A DNA stretch of 64,000 bases from Nannocystales bacterium (GCA_050633305.1 JBOEGF010000018.1:32001-96000); one strand, 5' to 3'. Shown: positions 41,600 to 51,790, counted from the first letter of the stretch. Program-made: numbers and translations. The notes: a model not told the origin generated them from the letters alone.

Positions 41600-41790
41600 C
41601 GGCGCGGAGGGTCCGGCGGGACCAACTCGAGTTTTGTGAGTGGAAGGATGACGGGGATGGCGCATGCGGGCGGGCGCGAGCGTTGCGGCGATCTGCACGT
41701 GCAGCCGCCGCCCTCCGCGTCCGCCGATCCGGCCGTCGTTCCTGGATCGTCGGTGCCGCCCGAGTCGTTGCTGGGCTCGCCGCGCCGAGC
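41600..41790 (-). pseudogene. Remnant of a MYXO-CTERM-type gene 3' end
   Basis: GEPSNDSGGTDDPGTTAGSADAEGGGCTCRS followed by a decayed hydrophobic segment. No intact upstream ORF. Confidence 0.4.
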
Positions 41791-41860
41791 CCGTCGAGGC
41801 ACAGCTCCCGAAGCGGTCGAGGTTCGGAGGGGCAGCGTCGGCGACCGCCACCGTACACTC

Positions 41861-41933
41861 CACCCGTCTCGGTCACCGGTCGTGACATCGGTCGACGGAA
41901 GCGAAGCTCGTACGTCCGACTCGTCGAGGGGCG
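41861..41933 (+). pseudogene. Degenerate copy of tRNA-Arg(ACG) (pseudo-tRNA or att relic)
   Basis: 41888-41930 matches tRNA-Arg 38276-38318 at 35/43 without gaps and keeps the ACG. Weak CACCC match to the tRNA 5' end at 41861. Confidence 0.75.
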
Positions 41934-41978
41934 TTCGTCTTCGGCATCACGCGTGTGACCCGGCAGCTCGCGGCCGTC

Positions 41979-42899
41979 TCACGATTGGTGGACCGGCGCG
42001 GCGCAGGATGTCGCCGGAGTTCCGAACGCGTCCTTCCAGGCCGCGCGTTCGTGGGCGGGCAAGATGAACAGGGAGGGGTCTTGGTCCGAGAGTGCCCGCA
42101 ACCGGGCCACGTTTCGGTGCGCCTCGGGTTGGTCGACATCGGTGCGTCGCATGGCAGGGGTTTTTCCGCGAAGCCGCTCGAGCTGGGTTCGGCTGTTGAT
42201 GGCGTCGCCCACGTGAAAGACGCGGCGCCCGTCCGGGAGCGTCACGAACACGCCCACGCTTCCGGGGGTGTGGCCTGGCATGGGGACGACGACGAGGCTC
42301 CCGTCTCCGAACAGGTCGGCGTGACGCTCGAAGATCTCGTAGGGCCCGCCGGAGAAGTCCAGCGGCTCGAGTTGATCGACGAGTGCCTCGGCGTGCGCGG
42401 GGATGACCTCTTCGGTGAGGGCGTGGCGGCCGCGCTCGATGAGGGCGGCCTCGGCCTGGGAGACCCACACGGGGATGGGCGGGAGGTCGAGGATGCCTCC
42501 GATGTGGTCGAGGTGGGCGTGGGTCGGAAGGACGGCACGGACTTCGCTGGGGTGGACGCCAAGCTCGACCAAGAGAGCATCCATGGGGGTCTTGGGCTTG
42601 AGCGCCCCGGGGAAGGTCTTGAACCATCGCTTCGTGCCCCCTCGATAGACCTGCACCTCGGCGTCGAAGTTCGAGCTGTTACCCGCGTCGATGAGCACGG
42701 TGCCGCGATCGGGATGCCGCACCAAGATCGCCGACGCGGTGAACCCGAGCTTTCCGCGGCTCTCGATCCAGCACGCCTCGACGCTGGCGTCGGTCGAGCG
42801 GGCGACGCGGGAAGGGGGCTGGACCGGGTCGAGACGAGGTCTGCATCCGGATCCGAGCAACAGCAGCAGCGTGCCGAGTGCGGCAGAGTTCGTTCGCAT
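41979..42899 (-). CDS. MBL-fold metallo-hydrolase lipoprotein (AHL-lactonase-like)
   Basis: THAHLDHIGG, DLFGDGS, PGHTPGS, VGDA, PAHE; lipobox LGSGC. Confidence 0.9.
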   Translation of the reverse strand: MRTNSAALGTLLLLLGSGCRPRLDPVQPPSRVARSTDASVEACWIESRGKLGFTASAILVRHPDRGTVLIDAGNSSNFDAEVQVYRGGTKRWFKTFPGALKPKTPMDALLVELGVHPSEVRAVLPTHAHLDHIGGILDLPPIPVWVSQAEAALIERGRHALTEEVIPAHAEALVDQLEPLDFSGGPYEIFERHADLFGDGSLVVVPMPGHTPGSVGVFVTLPDGRRVFHVGDAINSRTQLERLRGKTPAMRRTDVDQPEAHRNVARLRALSDQDPSLFILPAHERAAWKDAFGTPATSCAAPVHQS

Positions 42900-42956
42900 G
42901 TTCTTGATCCTAGCGACCCGAGGTATGATGAAAAATGAAACGTTGTCAGGTCTTAC

Positions 42957-43931
42957 ATGAGCACTTTCGATGTACGGTCCTTCAACCTCAATCTTGTTTC
43001 GGCGCTAGACGCACTTCTTCGGCATCGGGCGGTGGGCGCGGCGGCGCGGGAGGTCGGGGTGAGTCAGAGCGCGATGAGTCACAGCCTGGCCAAGCTGCGT
43101 GAGCAGTTGGGAGACCCGTTGCTCGTCCCCCAAGGGCGAAGGTTTGAACTCTCGGCCCGCGCACGGGCGATCGCCGCCGACCTACCGGAGCTCCTCGACC
43201 GCTTGGGCGCAACGCTTGGCGGAGGGGCGTCGTTCGACCCCCGAACCGCGGAACTCACGATCCGGATCGCAACCGTGGACTACTTCGAGCTGACGGTGTT
43301 GCCGTCGTTGATGCTCTACCTTCGGGAGCACGCACCCCGGATCCGTCTGTCGATCGAACGGCTGACTCCAGATTCGGCGGCGCTTCTCCAATCGGGTCAT
43401 CTCGACTTCATCTTCGGCGGCACGATGTTGGTTCATGGCGCGGGGCTCGAATGTGCCGAGCTGTTTCAGGAGCCGTTCACCGTCATTGCACGCGAGGGCC
43501 ACCCCACGATTCGCCGCCGGCTCACGCTGAAAGCCTACCTCGGGGCTGTTCACGTGGTGGTGCGATTCGAGGGACGTGGCGTTCCGGTGGTCGATCGTGT
43601 TCTCGAGCGCGCGGGCCATCAGCGCACGGTGGGGCTGTATGTCCCCCACTTCGTCACCGCACCGCTCGCGGTGTCCGAGTCCGACATGATCTGCACGATC
43701 GCGCGCACGGTCGCGGAGCGGGCCCGTGCCTTGGTCGGACTTCGGTTGTTCACGCCACCGATCGAGCTTCCCCTCGCGTTGGTCCGGATGTGGTGGCCAC
43801 GGGTCCAGGAGCACGACCCTGGGCGCACGTGGTTCCGACGACTCTTGCTCAGCGGAAAGGGGATGCCGCCTGAACTCGGCCGGCGGGTTCGAGCGGCTCA
43901 AGCGGGCTCCGAGAGCGGCAGCGGGCCTTGA
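42957..43931 (+). CDS. LysR family transcriptional regulator (NodD/LeuO-like)
   Basis: FNLNLVSALDALL...SQSAMSHSLAKLREQLGDPLL, FDPRTA. Confidence 0.95.
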   Translation: MSTFDVRSFNLNLVSALDALLRHRAVGAAAREVGVSQSAMSHSLAKLREQLGDPLLVPQGRRFELSARARAIAADLPELLDRLGATLGGGASFDPRTAELTIRIATVDYFELTVLPSLMLYLREHAPRIRLSIERLTPDSAALLQSGHLDFIFGGTMLVHGAGLECAELFQEPFTVIAREGHPTIRRRLTLKAYLGAVHVVVRFEGRGVPVVDRVLERAGHQRTVGLYVPHFVTAPLAVSESDMICTIARTVAERARALVGLRLFTPPIELPLALVRMWWPRVQEHDPGRTWFRRLLLSGKGMPPELGRRVRAAQAGSESGSGP

Positions 43932-44057
43932 CCGATGAGCGCTGGCGCCAATGTGGACCGACCCGCATAGTGACGGAACCATGCATGCTCAGCCGTTGTC
44001 CCCGAATCGCCTCATGCCTCCGGTCCTGGACGTGCGGTGCGGTGACCGAGGTGCAGC

Positions 44058-44996
44058 ATGACCGAGCCCGAAGCCGTTCAGGCCGCCCTTGACCACGCGC
44101 TGCGGCTCTCCTTGGCCAACCCCGAGGGCACGGTCGCGACCTACATCCCCGAACTCGGCAGCGTCGACCCCGATCGCACCAGCGCGGCTGTTGTGCTCAA
44201 CAGCGGCCAGGTGATCACCGCCGGAGAGGTCAGCGAGCACCGGTTTACCCTTCAGAGCGCGGCCAAGCTGATCGTCTTGTGTGGGGCGCTCGAAGAACTG
44301 GGGCCCGACTGCGTGTTTTCGGCGGTCGGCTCGGAGCCTTCGGGGGAGAGCTTTTCGTCCATCGCGCGGCTGGACTCCCGAGGGCCGCAGGCGGCAAACC
44401 CCATGGTCAACTCCGGAGCGATCACGTTGTGCGGGCTGATCGAGGGACAGGCGGAGGAGCGGATCGCGTGGATCGAGCGCTGGGCGAGCAAGCTGTGTGG
44501 CGTCGCCGTGGACGTCAACGCGCGTGTGCAGGCCTCGGAGCGCCGCACCGGAGACCGCAACCGCTCGATCGCCTATTTGCTGCGGAGCAATGGGTCGCTG
44601 TCCGGGTCCGTCGACGACGTGCTCGACGCCTACTTCGCGTTGTGTTCGCTGGAGGTCTCGGTCGTTGAGGCGGCGCACCTGGGCTGTGTTCTGGCGAACG
44701 GCGGTGTCGCTCCGTCGGGTGAGCGAATCGTCAGCGTGGACAATGCCCGACGGGTTGTTTCGCTCATGGCGAGCTGTGGGATGTACGACGAGTCGGGTAC
44801 GTACATGATGAAGACGGGCCTACCGGCCAAGAGCGGCGTGTCGGGAGTCATCGTCGCGTCGGCGGTTGCGGCAGGAGGCATCGCGGTTTGCAGCCCTCGG
44901 CTCAACAAGCGCGGGGGCAGCGTGCGCGGCCACGTAATTCTCGAACACCTCTCGGCCGCGCTGGGTTGGCACTTCGCCACGCAGACTCCGGCATGA
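44058..44996 (+). CDS. glsA: Glutaminase A
   Basis: ATYIPEL, FTLQSAAK (SxxK), EPSGESF, NPMVNSGAI, CGMYDESG, GLPAKSGVSG. Confidence 0.95.
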   Translation: MTEPEAVQAALDHALRLSLANPEGTVATYIPELGSVDPDRTSAAVVLNSGQVITAGEVSEHRFTLQSAAKLIVLCGALEELGPDCVFSAVGSEPSGESFSSIARLDSRGPQAANPMVNSGAITLCGLIEGQAEERIAWIERWASKLCGVAVDVNARVQASERRTGDRNRSIAYLLRSNGSLSGSVDDVLDAYFALCSLEVSVVEAAHLGCVLANGGVAPSGERIVSVDNARRVVSLMASCGMYDESGTYMMKTGLPAKSGVSGVIVASAVAAGGIAVCSPRLNKRGGSVRGHVILEHLSAALGWHFATQTPA

Positions 44997-45019
44997 GCTG
45001 AAGTTCTCTGCGCTACTGT

Positions 45020-45439
45020 GTGACGGTGCAGCCGTTCCACCTTGCCATCGTCGTCGATGATCTCGATGCTGCTCGTGCGTTCTACGGGGGCACGCTGGGG
45101 TGTTCCGAAGGCCGGAGCAGCGATGCGTGGATCGACTTCGACCTCTTTGGGCACCAGCTCGTGACGCATCACCACGCGTCGGGGCCGGGCTCCTCTGTCA
45201 CCAATCCCGTCGACGCCCACGACGTTCCGGTGCCGCACTTTGGTGTGGTGTTGTCGTGGGGGCAGTTCGAGGCGTTTGCGCAACAGCTGCGGGACGCAGG
45301 CGTCGTGTTCGTCATCGAACCAACGGTCCGGTTCGCGGGGGAGGTCGGCGAGCAGGCGACGATGTTCTTTCGGGACCCGTCGGGCAACGCCCTCGAGTTC
45401 AAGGCATTCCGGGAACCCTCCCGGCTGTTTGCCACCTAA
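45020..45439 (+). CDS. VOC/glyoxalase family protein
   Basis: [41 protein letters not shown]. Start may be GTG 45026. Confidence 0.93.
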   Translation: MTVQPFHLAIVVDDLDAARAFYGGTLGCSEGRSSDAWIDFDLFGHQLVTHHHASGPGSSVTNPVDAHDVPVPHFGVVLSWGQFEAFAQQLRDAGVVFVIEPTVRFAGEVGEQATMFFRDPSGNALEFKAFREPSRLFAT

Positions 45440-45455
45440 CAGACCGTGCCGCGCT

Positions 45456-46517
45456 CTACAACGCGACGCCTTCCCCGTCTTCCTCGCCTTCCTCGGCGGG
45501 TGTGTCGGGCTTGGGCATCGCGATCTCCGCCCACACCAGATAGTGGTCGCTCACGTCGCGGTACGGGTCCTCCTCGATCGGGATGGAGGGCCACGGCGAG
45601 TCATCGGGATCCTCGACTTCACGAACGACCTCATTCACCGCCGACGTTGTTGCGCTGCGCAGTTCGAGCCCGCACGAGATGATGTGGTCGCTGGGGTCGC
45701 CCGCGGTGTTGGTGGGTCCACTGTCCGCGGCAGAGTCGGTGCAGTCGTCGTCCTCCACCTTGTTGTGGCGGGCCGCCAGGATGCCCGGGGTGCGACGCGC
45801 GTAGTCGTCGTCGTACGGGTGGGACCTGGAGCCGAAGGTTCCAGTGACGAGAACGGGTCCACCGTCCAGCGACCGAGACAGCTCCCGCCGCAAGGATCGG
45901 GCGGCCTTCCGGCGCTTGGATGCGTATGCTGGTTGTTGCGACTCACGCAAGTGGAGAGCGACCACGGCGACCGTGTCTCCGGAGGGGAGCTCGACGTCGA
46001 CCGCCAGCTGCTTGTCGATGGAGGTCTGAAATCGGCGGACGTTGCTCATCGAGAACCGGGAGAGGATCGCGACATGCTGCCCGGTCGCCTTGTCGTGGGT
46101 CGGAAGGCAGGCGACCTCGTACCGATAGCCACCCCCGGCGAGGACAGCGTCGGCGACCTCCATCGCCTCCCGCTCTCCACCGATCTCGGTCAGCGTGACC
46201 ACGTCCAGTTCTTCGGCGACGAGGATCTTGGCGATGCTGTCGCGCTTCCACGTCCAGTCCTCCGCTGTCTTTGCGCGGTGGGGGCGGGCCTTCTTGGGCC
46301 GCTTGTCGACGTCGTCGAATGCCCACTCGACGTTGAAGGTCCCGACCGCGATCGCGTCCTCGGGGACCTTCGGGGGCGGCGGGGGCTCGGGTTCCGGTTC
46401 AGGTGGCGACTCTGGGCCTTCGGCGACGACGGGAGGCGACTGCGGTGGGGGCGCGGTCTTGCACCCCAAAGTAGCGACGGAGGCGAGGACACAGGTGCAC
46501 ACCAGAGCAGACTTCAT
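45456..46517 (-). CDS. Endonuclease/exonuclease/phosphatase (EEP) family lipoprotein
   Basis: Lipobox ATLGC, GTFNVEW, DVVTLTEI, ALHL, C-terminal SDH. Confidence 0.85.
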   Translation of the reverse strand: MKSALVCTCVLASVATLGCKTAPPPQSPPVVAEGPESPPEPEPEPPPPPKVPEDAIAVGTFNVEWAFDDVDKRPKKARPHRAKTAEDWTWKRDSIAKILVAEELDVVTLTEIGGEREAMEVADAVLAGGGYRYEVACLPTHDKATGQHVAILSRFSMSNVRRFQTSIDKQLAVDVELPSGDTVAVVALHLRESQQPAYASKRRKAARSLRRELSRSLDGGPVLVTGTFGSRSHPYDDDYARRTPGILAARHNKVEDDDCTDSAADSGPTNTAGDPSDHIISCGLELRSATTSAVNEVVREVEDPDDSPWPSIPIEEDPYRDVSDHYLVWAEIAMPKPDTPAEEGEEDGEGVAL

Positions 46518-46621
46518 TGCGAGTCCTCCGTAACGCCGACGATGAACGTTCGCCGTTTCGGGTTGGGCCGAATCTTTGGGTCCGTCCCGTAACCGATCGT
46601 TTCCCCCCGCGTGAGGGGGGC

Positions 46622-47827
46622 ATGGAGAGACAAAACGACGTGGTCGTGGTGGGCGCCGGGATCGCTGGACTGGCATGCGCTGCCTTGCTCGGTCGTGCCG
46701 GGCGCTCGGTAACCCTGCTCGAGGCCGGCGCGGAGCCCGGCGGCCTGGCTCGCACCCGCGCGAAGGACGGGTTTTTGTTCAACCGTGGCGCTCATGCGCT
46801 GTATCGGGGGGGCGCGGCGCAGGCGGTGCTCTCATCGCTGGGGATCGAGCCGGTGGGACGTCCTCCGAGCTTGGGTGGGGTGGCGTTCTATCAGGGGCAG
46901 CGTCACCGGCTCCCGACGACCCCGTGGGGCATGCTGACGACAGGATTACTGAGCCTGCGGGGTCGAGGGGCGACGCTCAAGACGTTCGCTCGGCTTCCCC
47001 GGATCCAACCCGGCCCAGGTTCGGCCGCAGCGTGGTTGGAAGAGATCACCCCGGATGCCTCTGCCAGGGCGTTTCTTGCGTCGATGCTCCGGTTGTCGAC
47101 GTACTCCGGTGACCTCGGGAAGATCAGCGCGGCCGCGGCCGCGGACGCGTTGCGGCAGGCGTCGCAGCACGGCGTGGTCTACCTCGATGGCGGGTGGCAG
47201 CAGCTGGTCACCCGCTTGGTCGAATCCTGTGCGGCGGCGGGTGTGGAGATCGTGTGTCGAGCCCCGGTCGAGCAGGTTGTCGCTGGACAGGTCACACTGC
47301 GCGACGGGACGCGCCTGGACGCCGAAGAGGTCGTCCTTGCGGTGGCGCCCTCGGTGGCCCGTCGGTGGGTGGACGTGCCAGAACTCGGACACGCCCAGGT
47401 CGCGTGCCTGGATGTGGCCCTGCGCGAGCGTCCCAAGGGTCCCGGGCTCGCGTTCGACCTCGACGACCCGATGTACCTGTCGGTGCATTCAGATACGGCA
47501 GCCCTCGGGCCGAAGGGTGGTGCGGTCGTGCACACGCTGCACTACGGGGCGCCCGACGATGCGCGCAAGAGACTCGAAGGCCTCCTTGATCGGACCCTCG
47601 CTGGATGGCGGGACGACTGTGTCCACGCCCAATTCCTGCCGAAGATCACGGTGACGGAGGGCATCGTGCCCCCGCAGGGGAGACGGCCGGGGGTCCGGGT
47701 TCAGGGGATCTGGCGGGTCGGGGATGCGGTTGGGGAGCATGGTGCGTTGGCAGATGCGGCGTTCGGTTCGGCTCAGGAGGTTGCGCGTGCGATTGTTGAC
47801 TCCGCGGCGGGAGGCCGCGCCGCCTGA
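46622..47827 (+). CDS. FAD-dependent oxidoreductase (phytoene dehydrogenase/amine oxidase-like)
   Basis: VVVGAGIAGL, GGLART, FNRGAHALY, YLDGGWQQL. RBS GAGGGGG. Confidence 0.88.
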   Translation: MERQNDVVVVGAGIAGLACAALLGRAGRSVTLLEAGAEPGGLARTRAKDGFLFNRGAHALYRGGAAQAVLSSLGIEPVGRPPSLGGVAFYQGQRHRLPTTPWGMLTTGLLSLRGRGATLKTFARLPRIQPGPGSAAAWLEEITPDASARAFLASMLRLSTYSGDLGKISAAAAADALRQASQHGVVYLDGGWQQLVTRLVESCAAAGVEIVCRAPVEQVVAGQVTLRDGTRLDAEEVVLAVAPSVARRWVDVPELGHAQVACLDVALRERPKGPGLAFDLDDPMYLSVHSDTAALGPKGGAVVHTLHYGAPDDARKRLEGLLDRTLAGWRDDCVHAQFLPKITVTEGIVPPQGRRPGVRVQGIWRVGDAVGEHGALADAAFGSAQEVARAIVDSAAGGRAA

Positions 47828-47830
47828 CGC

Positions 47831-48766
47831 ATGTCCGCCGACCCGAGCACCGAAGCGATCTACGAGGCCCACGGCGACTACCTGTGGGGGCTCGCGTTTC
47901 GCATGCTCGGCGTTCGGGCGGATGCGGACGAGGTCGTTCAGGACGCCTTCGTTCGGTTGCTGCGGGCAGAACCCGACCGGACCGCCGCGATGAGACCGTG
48001 GCTGGTGCGAGTGACGATGAACCTCGCACGCGACCGCCTCCGGGCGCGCAAGCGCGAGACGTACATCGGGCCATGGCTTCCGGCCGTGACGGACTTGGGC
48101 ACGGGTGAGCCGGCATCGCTCCCGGGGGCCCGCTACACCGGGGTGGAGAGCTTGTCGCTGGGGTTTCTATGGGCCGCGGAGCAGCTTGATGACGTTCAGC
48201 GCGGGGTGCTCGTGTTGCGTGACGTCCTCGGGCATTCGGTTCGCGAGACCGCCGCGGCGCTCGAGCTGAGCGAGTCCAACGTCAAGGTCATCACGCATCG
48301 GGTTCGCGGACGCATGCGGGAGTGGGAGGCTTCGCAGAGGCGCAGCCTTGCCGTTCCCCACGAGCAGGTGATCGACGCGATGCGTCGGTTCTTCGGATCC
48401 GTCGCGGCAGGAGAGCGGGAGGAAGCCGAGGCTGCGCTCGCCGAAGATGTCCGGATGTTGTCCGACGGAGGCGATGAATTCTTCGCCGCGCGGAAGCCCG
48501 TCGTCGGCGCCGCCAAGGTCGCGGGGTTCTACGTCAAGATCGCGGCTGGAGAGGTGGCCGCCCCTACGCTCGAGATCCGAACGCTCGGAGGGATGCCGAC
48601 GCTGATCGTGCGCCGCCCGAAGGCCAAGGACAACAACGCGCCCGCGGCCTGCATTCAGGTCGAGTTGAACGAGTCCGGTCGGATCTCCCGCATCTACTCC
48701 GTCTTGGCGACGGCGAAGGTTCGGGGGATGCTCAGCGACCGAGCGCGTTCTGGATGCCCGTCATGA
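47831..48766 (+). CDS. ECF41/SigJ-like sigma factor with C-terminal SnoaL-like domain
   Basis: LAFRMLG, VQDAF, RETYIGPWLP, LRDVLG, SDGG. Confidence 0.88.
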   Translation: MSADPSTEAIYEAHGDYLWGLAFRMLGVRADADEVVQDAFVRLLRAEPDRTAAMRPWLVRVTMNLARDRLRARKRETYIGPWLPAVTDLGTGEPASLPGARYTGVESLSLGFLWAAEQLDDVQRGVLVLRDVLGHSVRETAAALELSESNVKVITHRVRGRMREWEASQRRSLAVPHEQVIDAMRRFFGSVAAGEREEAEAALAEDVRMLSDGGDEFFAARKPVVGAAKVAGFYVKIAAGEVAAPTLEIRTLGGMPTLIVRRPKAKDNNAPAACIQVELNESGRISRIYSVLATAKVRGMLSDRARSGCPS

Positions 48767-49646
48767 GGTCGTCGTCGGACGCGAAGAGTTCGTCGACTTC
48801 GTCTTGCTCGAAGAACCAGTCTCCGGGGCGACGGAACATCATGGGGTCGCGCTCCAAGGCGAGCTCGAGTCGCTCGGCAAGCTTGCGGGGGGATGCGCCT
48901 TCGACAAGCTCGATCTGCTGCTGCGCCACGAGCGTCTCGATGAAGGCGACGAACGGGTCCTTCTGCGCGGGAGCGCCCGACTCGTCGTCGTCCTCGAAGT
49001 CGTCGTCCTCATCGCCCAGCCCGGCGATCGCGGCGAAGAGCCGGGAGGCGACCGCATCGGAGGTCTTCTTCTCTCCGGTGCTTGCCTTGGCGGGCTTGCT
49101 GCCACCTGCGCCCGCGCTGCCAAAGAGGGAGCGAAGGTCGGGAAGTGCGGCGTCGTCCATGGCGTCGCCGGGAAGCGAGAGGGCGTCGGGGAACGGTGCT
49201 CCGCCGGGTGTTCGTGCGGCGTCGGTCAGGTGGGGGATCGACGGCCAGCGCGGCTCTGGCAGCTTGTCCTCCTTGGCGAGCACCAAGACGTACTGGGCAC
49301 CGATGCTCTCCTCGCAGTCGGGAAAGACCTCGTACAAGGCGCCCCAGTAGGAGCCGGCTTCGACGTCCCAGCTGCCCTGCGAGTCCCCGAGCTTCGTGCC
49401 GATGTGCACCGGGCCAGCGACGTTCAGGGGGAACGCGAAGGCTGAGTGCAGCACGTCGGCCACGGTGGGCAGGTCGTCTTCGGAGACAAGGCGCACGTTG
49501 AACGTGCCCTTCTCACCCAGCTCGATGCCGAAAGCTTGCGCGTCGGCGAGGGCCTTCGCCTGGGACTTTGATGGGTCTGCGTCGGCGTGATCGCCGACGT
49601 ACACCACGATGCGTCCCTCGGACGCTTTGCACTCGAGCGTGGCCAA
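48732..49646 (-). CDS. Hypothetical acidic protein
   Basis: Clean ORF with coding-like bias; ends DEVDELFASDDDL. Confidence 0.7.
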   Translation of the reverse strand: MATLECKASEGRIVVYVGDHADADPSKSQAKALADAQAFGIELGEKGTFNVRLVSEDDLPTVADVLHSAFAFPLNVAGPVHIGTKLGDSQGSWDVEAGSYWGALYEVFPDCEESIGAQYVLVLAKEDKLPEPRWPSIPHLTDAARTPGGAPFPDALSLPGDAMDDAALPDLRSLFGSAGAGGSKPAKASTGEKKTSDAVASRLFAAIAGLGDEDDDFEDDDESGAPAQKDPFVAFIETLVAQQQIELVEGASPRKLAERLELALERDPMMFRRPGDWFFEQDEVDELFASDDDLMTGIQNALGR

Positions 49647-49742
49647 AGCAGAGCGAGCGTCGTGCGAGGGCGCAGCGGCGTCAACCCCTGGCGCGGACCG
49701 AATCGCCGAAATCGCGTGAGGTTTCGGGCCGGAAAACCCGCG

Positions 49743-50477
49743 CTAGTCGTTCCCCGTCACAGTGAGGCTCCAGCTCGCCCCGACGGTGCATTCATCCGCT
49801 TTGGGGAAGATCTCCACGGCGACAATCGCATCGTCGTCGGTGTTGTTGGCCAGCGCTCCCTCGCCCCAGTCGAAGCGGACCGAGTCCGGCCCTGTTGTCT
49901 CGGAGGCCGCTTCGAGTCCCCCACACCCGTTGGCGTCCCCGGGGTCGCCAAGATACGCGCGCAGGTCCCAGTCCCCGCCGGTGCTGTCGAGGTCGAGCGT
50001 CACGCTCATCGCGGAGCCGAAAACACTGCTGTCGTTCTCGCTGACCTCAACCTGCAGCCACACCGGCTCCGTCCCCGTCTCGCCGATCGAGGGGACGGTG
50101 GTGTCTCCGGACACACCGCCCAGGGTGCTGGAGCTGTTGCACGTGGTCGGGAAATCGCACGGAAATGTCCCCGCGTTGCTGCCCGAACTGGAGGACGCGT
50201 CGCCGTTGGAGGACTCCTGCTGGGCCCCGGAGCTGGAGCCTGTGGACCCGTCGCTTTCCTCCTCCCCCTGGGTCGCAGCCCCGCTCGTGCTCGTGGTGTC
50301 CGAGGGCGGGTTGATGCCGGTGGTGAAGGGGCCGTCGGTGGTGCTGTCTGCGTCGTCGTCCGTCGCAGGTGGTGGCGCCGTCGTGATCGCGGGCCCAGCC
50401 GGGTCCGCTGAGCTTGCGCACCCGATCAACGCTACGCACACGCTCGCGCAGCCGCTCCACACCCGCCAACACACCAT
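49743..50477 (-). CDS. Ser/Thr-rich lipoprotein with PPC-like C-terminal domain
   Basis: Lipobox ALIGC, LGGVSGD, DWDLRAY, WSLTVTG. Confidence 0.75.
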   Translation of the reverse strand: MVCWRVWSGCASVCVALIGCASSADPAGPAITTAPPPATDDDADSTTDGPFTTGINPPSDTTSTSGAATQGEEESDGSTGSSSGAQQESSNGDASSSSGSNAGTFPCDFPTTCNSSSTLGGVSGDTTVPSIGETGTEPVWLQVEVSENDSSVFGSAMSVTLDLDSTGGDWDLRAYLGDPGDANGCGGLEAASETTGPDSVRFDWGEGALANNTDDDAIVAVEIFPKADECTVGASWSLTVTGND

Positions 50478-50508
50478 CCGAGTCTACCAAGACCCGGCTC
50501 TCGCGGCG

Positions 50509-50880
50509 TCATCCTTCGTCGAGTTGGGTCTTCAGACTGCCGTCGGCGATGGCTTTCGCCAGATCCGTGAAGCCTCCGAGAAGCGCGCCCCGGACAAACA
50601 CCTGTGGAAAGGTGGGCCACCCGCTCCACATCTTGATCGCCAACCGCGGCTTCCATTGCGACATGTAGCTGCCGTACTCCAGGTAGGTGAACGGGAGGTC
50701 GGCCTGCTTCAGAGCCGCGCGCGCCTTGCGAACGAAGGGGTTCTGCGACATCCCGACCAGGACCAAGGGCTCGCCTTCGACCGCCTTGGCAACCTCGTCG
50801 ACGACCTCGCGGTGAAAGTCCGCGACCTTCGTTGCGGTGCGTTCCGTGTATGCCGAGTCCGAGAGCAGGGGCCGTGCCAT
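50509..50880 (-). CDS. Glutaredoxin-like protein
   Basis: VVDEVAKAV, GMSQNPF, SGWPTFPQVFVRGALLGG. Confidence 0.88.
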   Translation of the reverse strand: MARPLLSDSAYTERTATKVADFHREVVDEVAKAVEGEPLVLVGMSQNPFVRKARAALKQADLPFTYLEYGSYMSQWKPRLAIKMWSGWPTFPQVFVRGALLGGFTDLAKAIADGSLKTQLDEG

Positions 50881-50946
50881 GGCGACGGCTTAGCAGGTTT
50901 GACTCGGCCCTCCACCTGCGCGGTTGCTCAGGTCTTCTCCGCATGC

Positions 50947-51702
50947 ATGCACGCGGACTTTTGGGTTGCGGGGCCTCGCGTCGGGGCCTCGCTGGACACG
51001 GTGAGGTCCTCCGGGCTCGCGACGAGGGCGAGCTCTTGCGGGCCGCGGCGCGAGCGGGTGGGCCCTCCGCGGCGCAACGCCGGACCGTGGTCGCGGGCTT
51101 GGCGGTACGGCTGGGCGGGTTCTCCAAAGCCGCGGCCTCGAGCTTCGGGCTCTGGGCTGCGATCGCAGCCGCCGGTCTTGTCGTGGTGGGTGGCGACTTG
51201 GGTCTCGTTGCGCAGGACGACCCGCCCGCCTCCTCCGAGCGCTCCGATGTCGCGGTCATGCGTAGCGCGAAGGAGCCCGAGCCTACGGTCCAGGAGCCAG
51301 CGGCACCGGCAACCCCCGATCCGCGGGTGACGCCGATGACCCGAGCCCCATCGCCCGAGGCATCCAAGCCCGTGCCGCGTCGGACCGTCATCTGCGGTCG
51401 CAGCCCCGGCCCCTGCGCCGACCCTCGCGGCCGAAGCGAAGCTGGTGCGGGCGATCAAGGCAGCGGTCTCGACCGATCCCGCACGGGCGCTGAAACTGGT
51501 CGCGCAGCACGACGCCCTGTTCCCACGAGGTGTGCTCGCAGCCGAAGCGACCACGCTGCGTATCGAAGCGCTTTGCTCTCTCGGGCGCGACACGGAGCCC
51601 ATACCGCTGGCGCGTACCGTTCCCGCGACGCATCCATCCGCAGTCGTCAGCCGCCAACGTTGCCCAGAAAAGAGCGCGAGTCCGATCCGGAACGGAGAAT
51701 GA
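50947..51702 (+). pseudogene. Frameshifted myxobacterial membrane protein (TM, Pro-rich linker, TPR-like helix pair; anti-sigma-like)
   Basis: TM and PEP linker are in one frame; LAAEAKLVRA...DPARALKLVAQHDALFPRGVLAAE...IEALC is in another. The shift lies at ~51340-51390. Start uncertain. Confidence 0.6.
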
Positions 51703-51790
51703 AGCCGCCGAAGCCTGCGGGGGGTCCGCTTCGAACCATCACTGTGACAGTTTTCCGGAACCTCGTCGCTAGGCTGGGTGTCGGAGACTC

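Noticed and set aside
46588..46613. ECF41 promoter (TGTCACA-N16-CGTC) before the oxidoreductase
   Set aside because: Only a weak match (CGTAACC-N15-CGTG).
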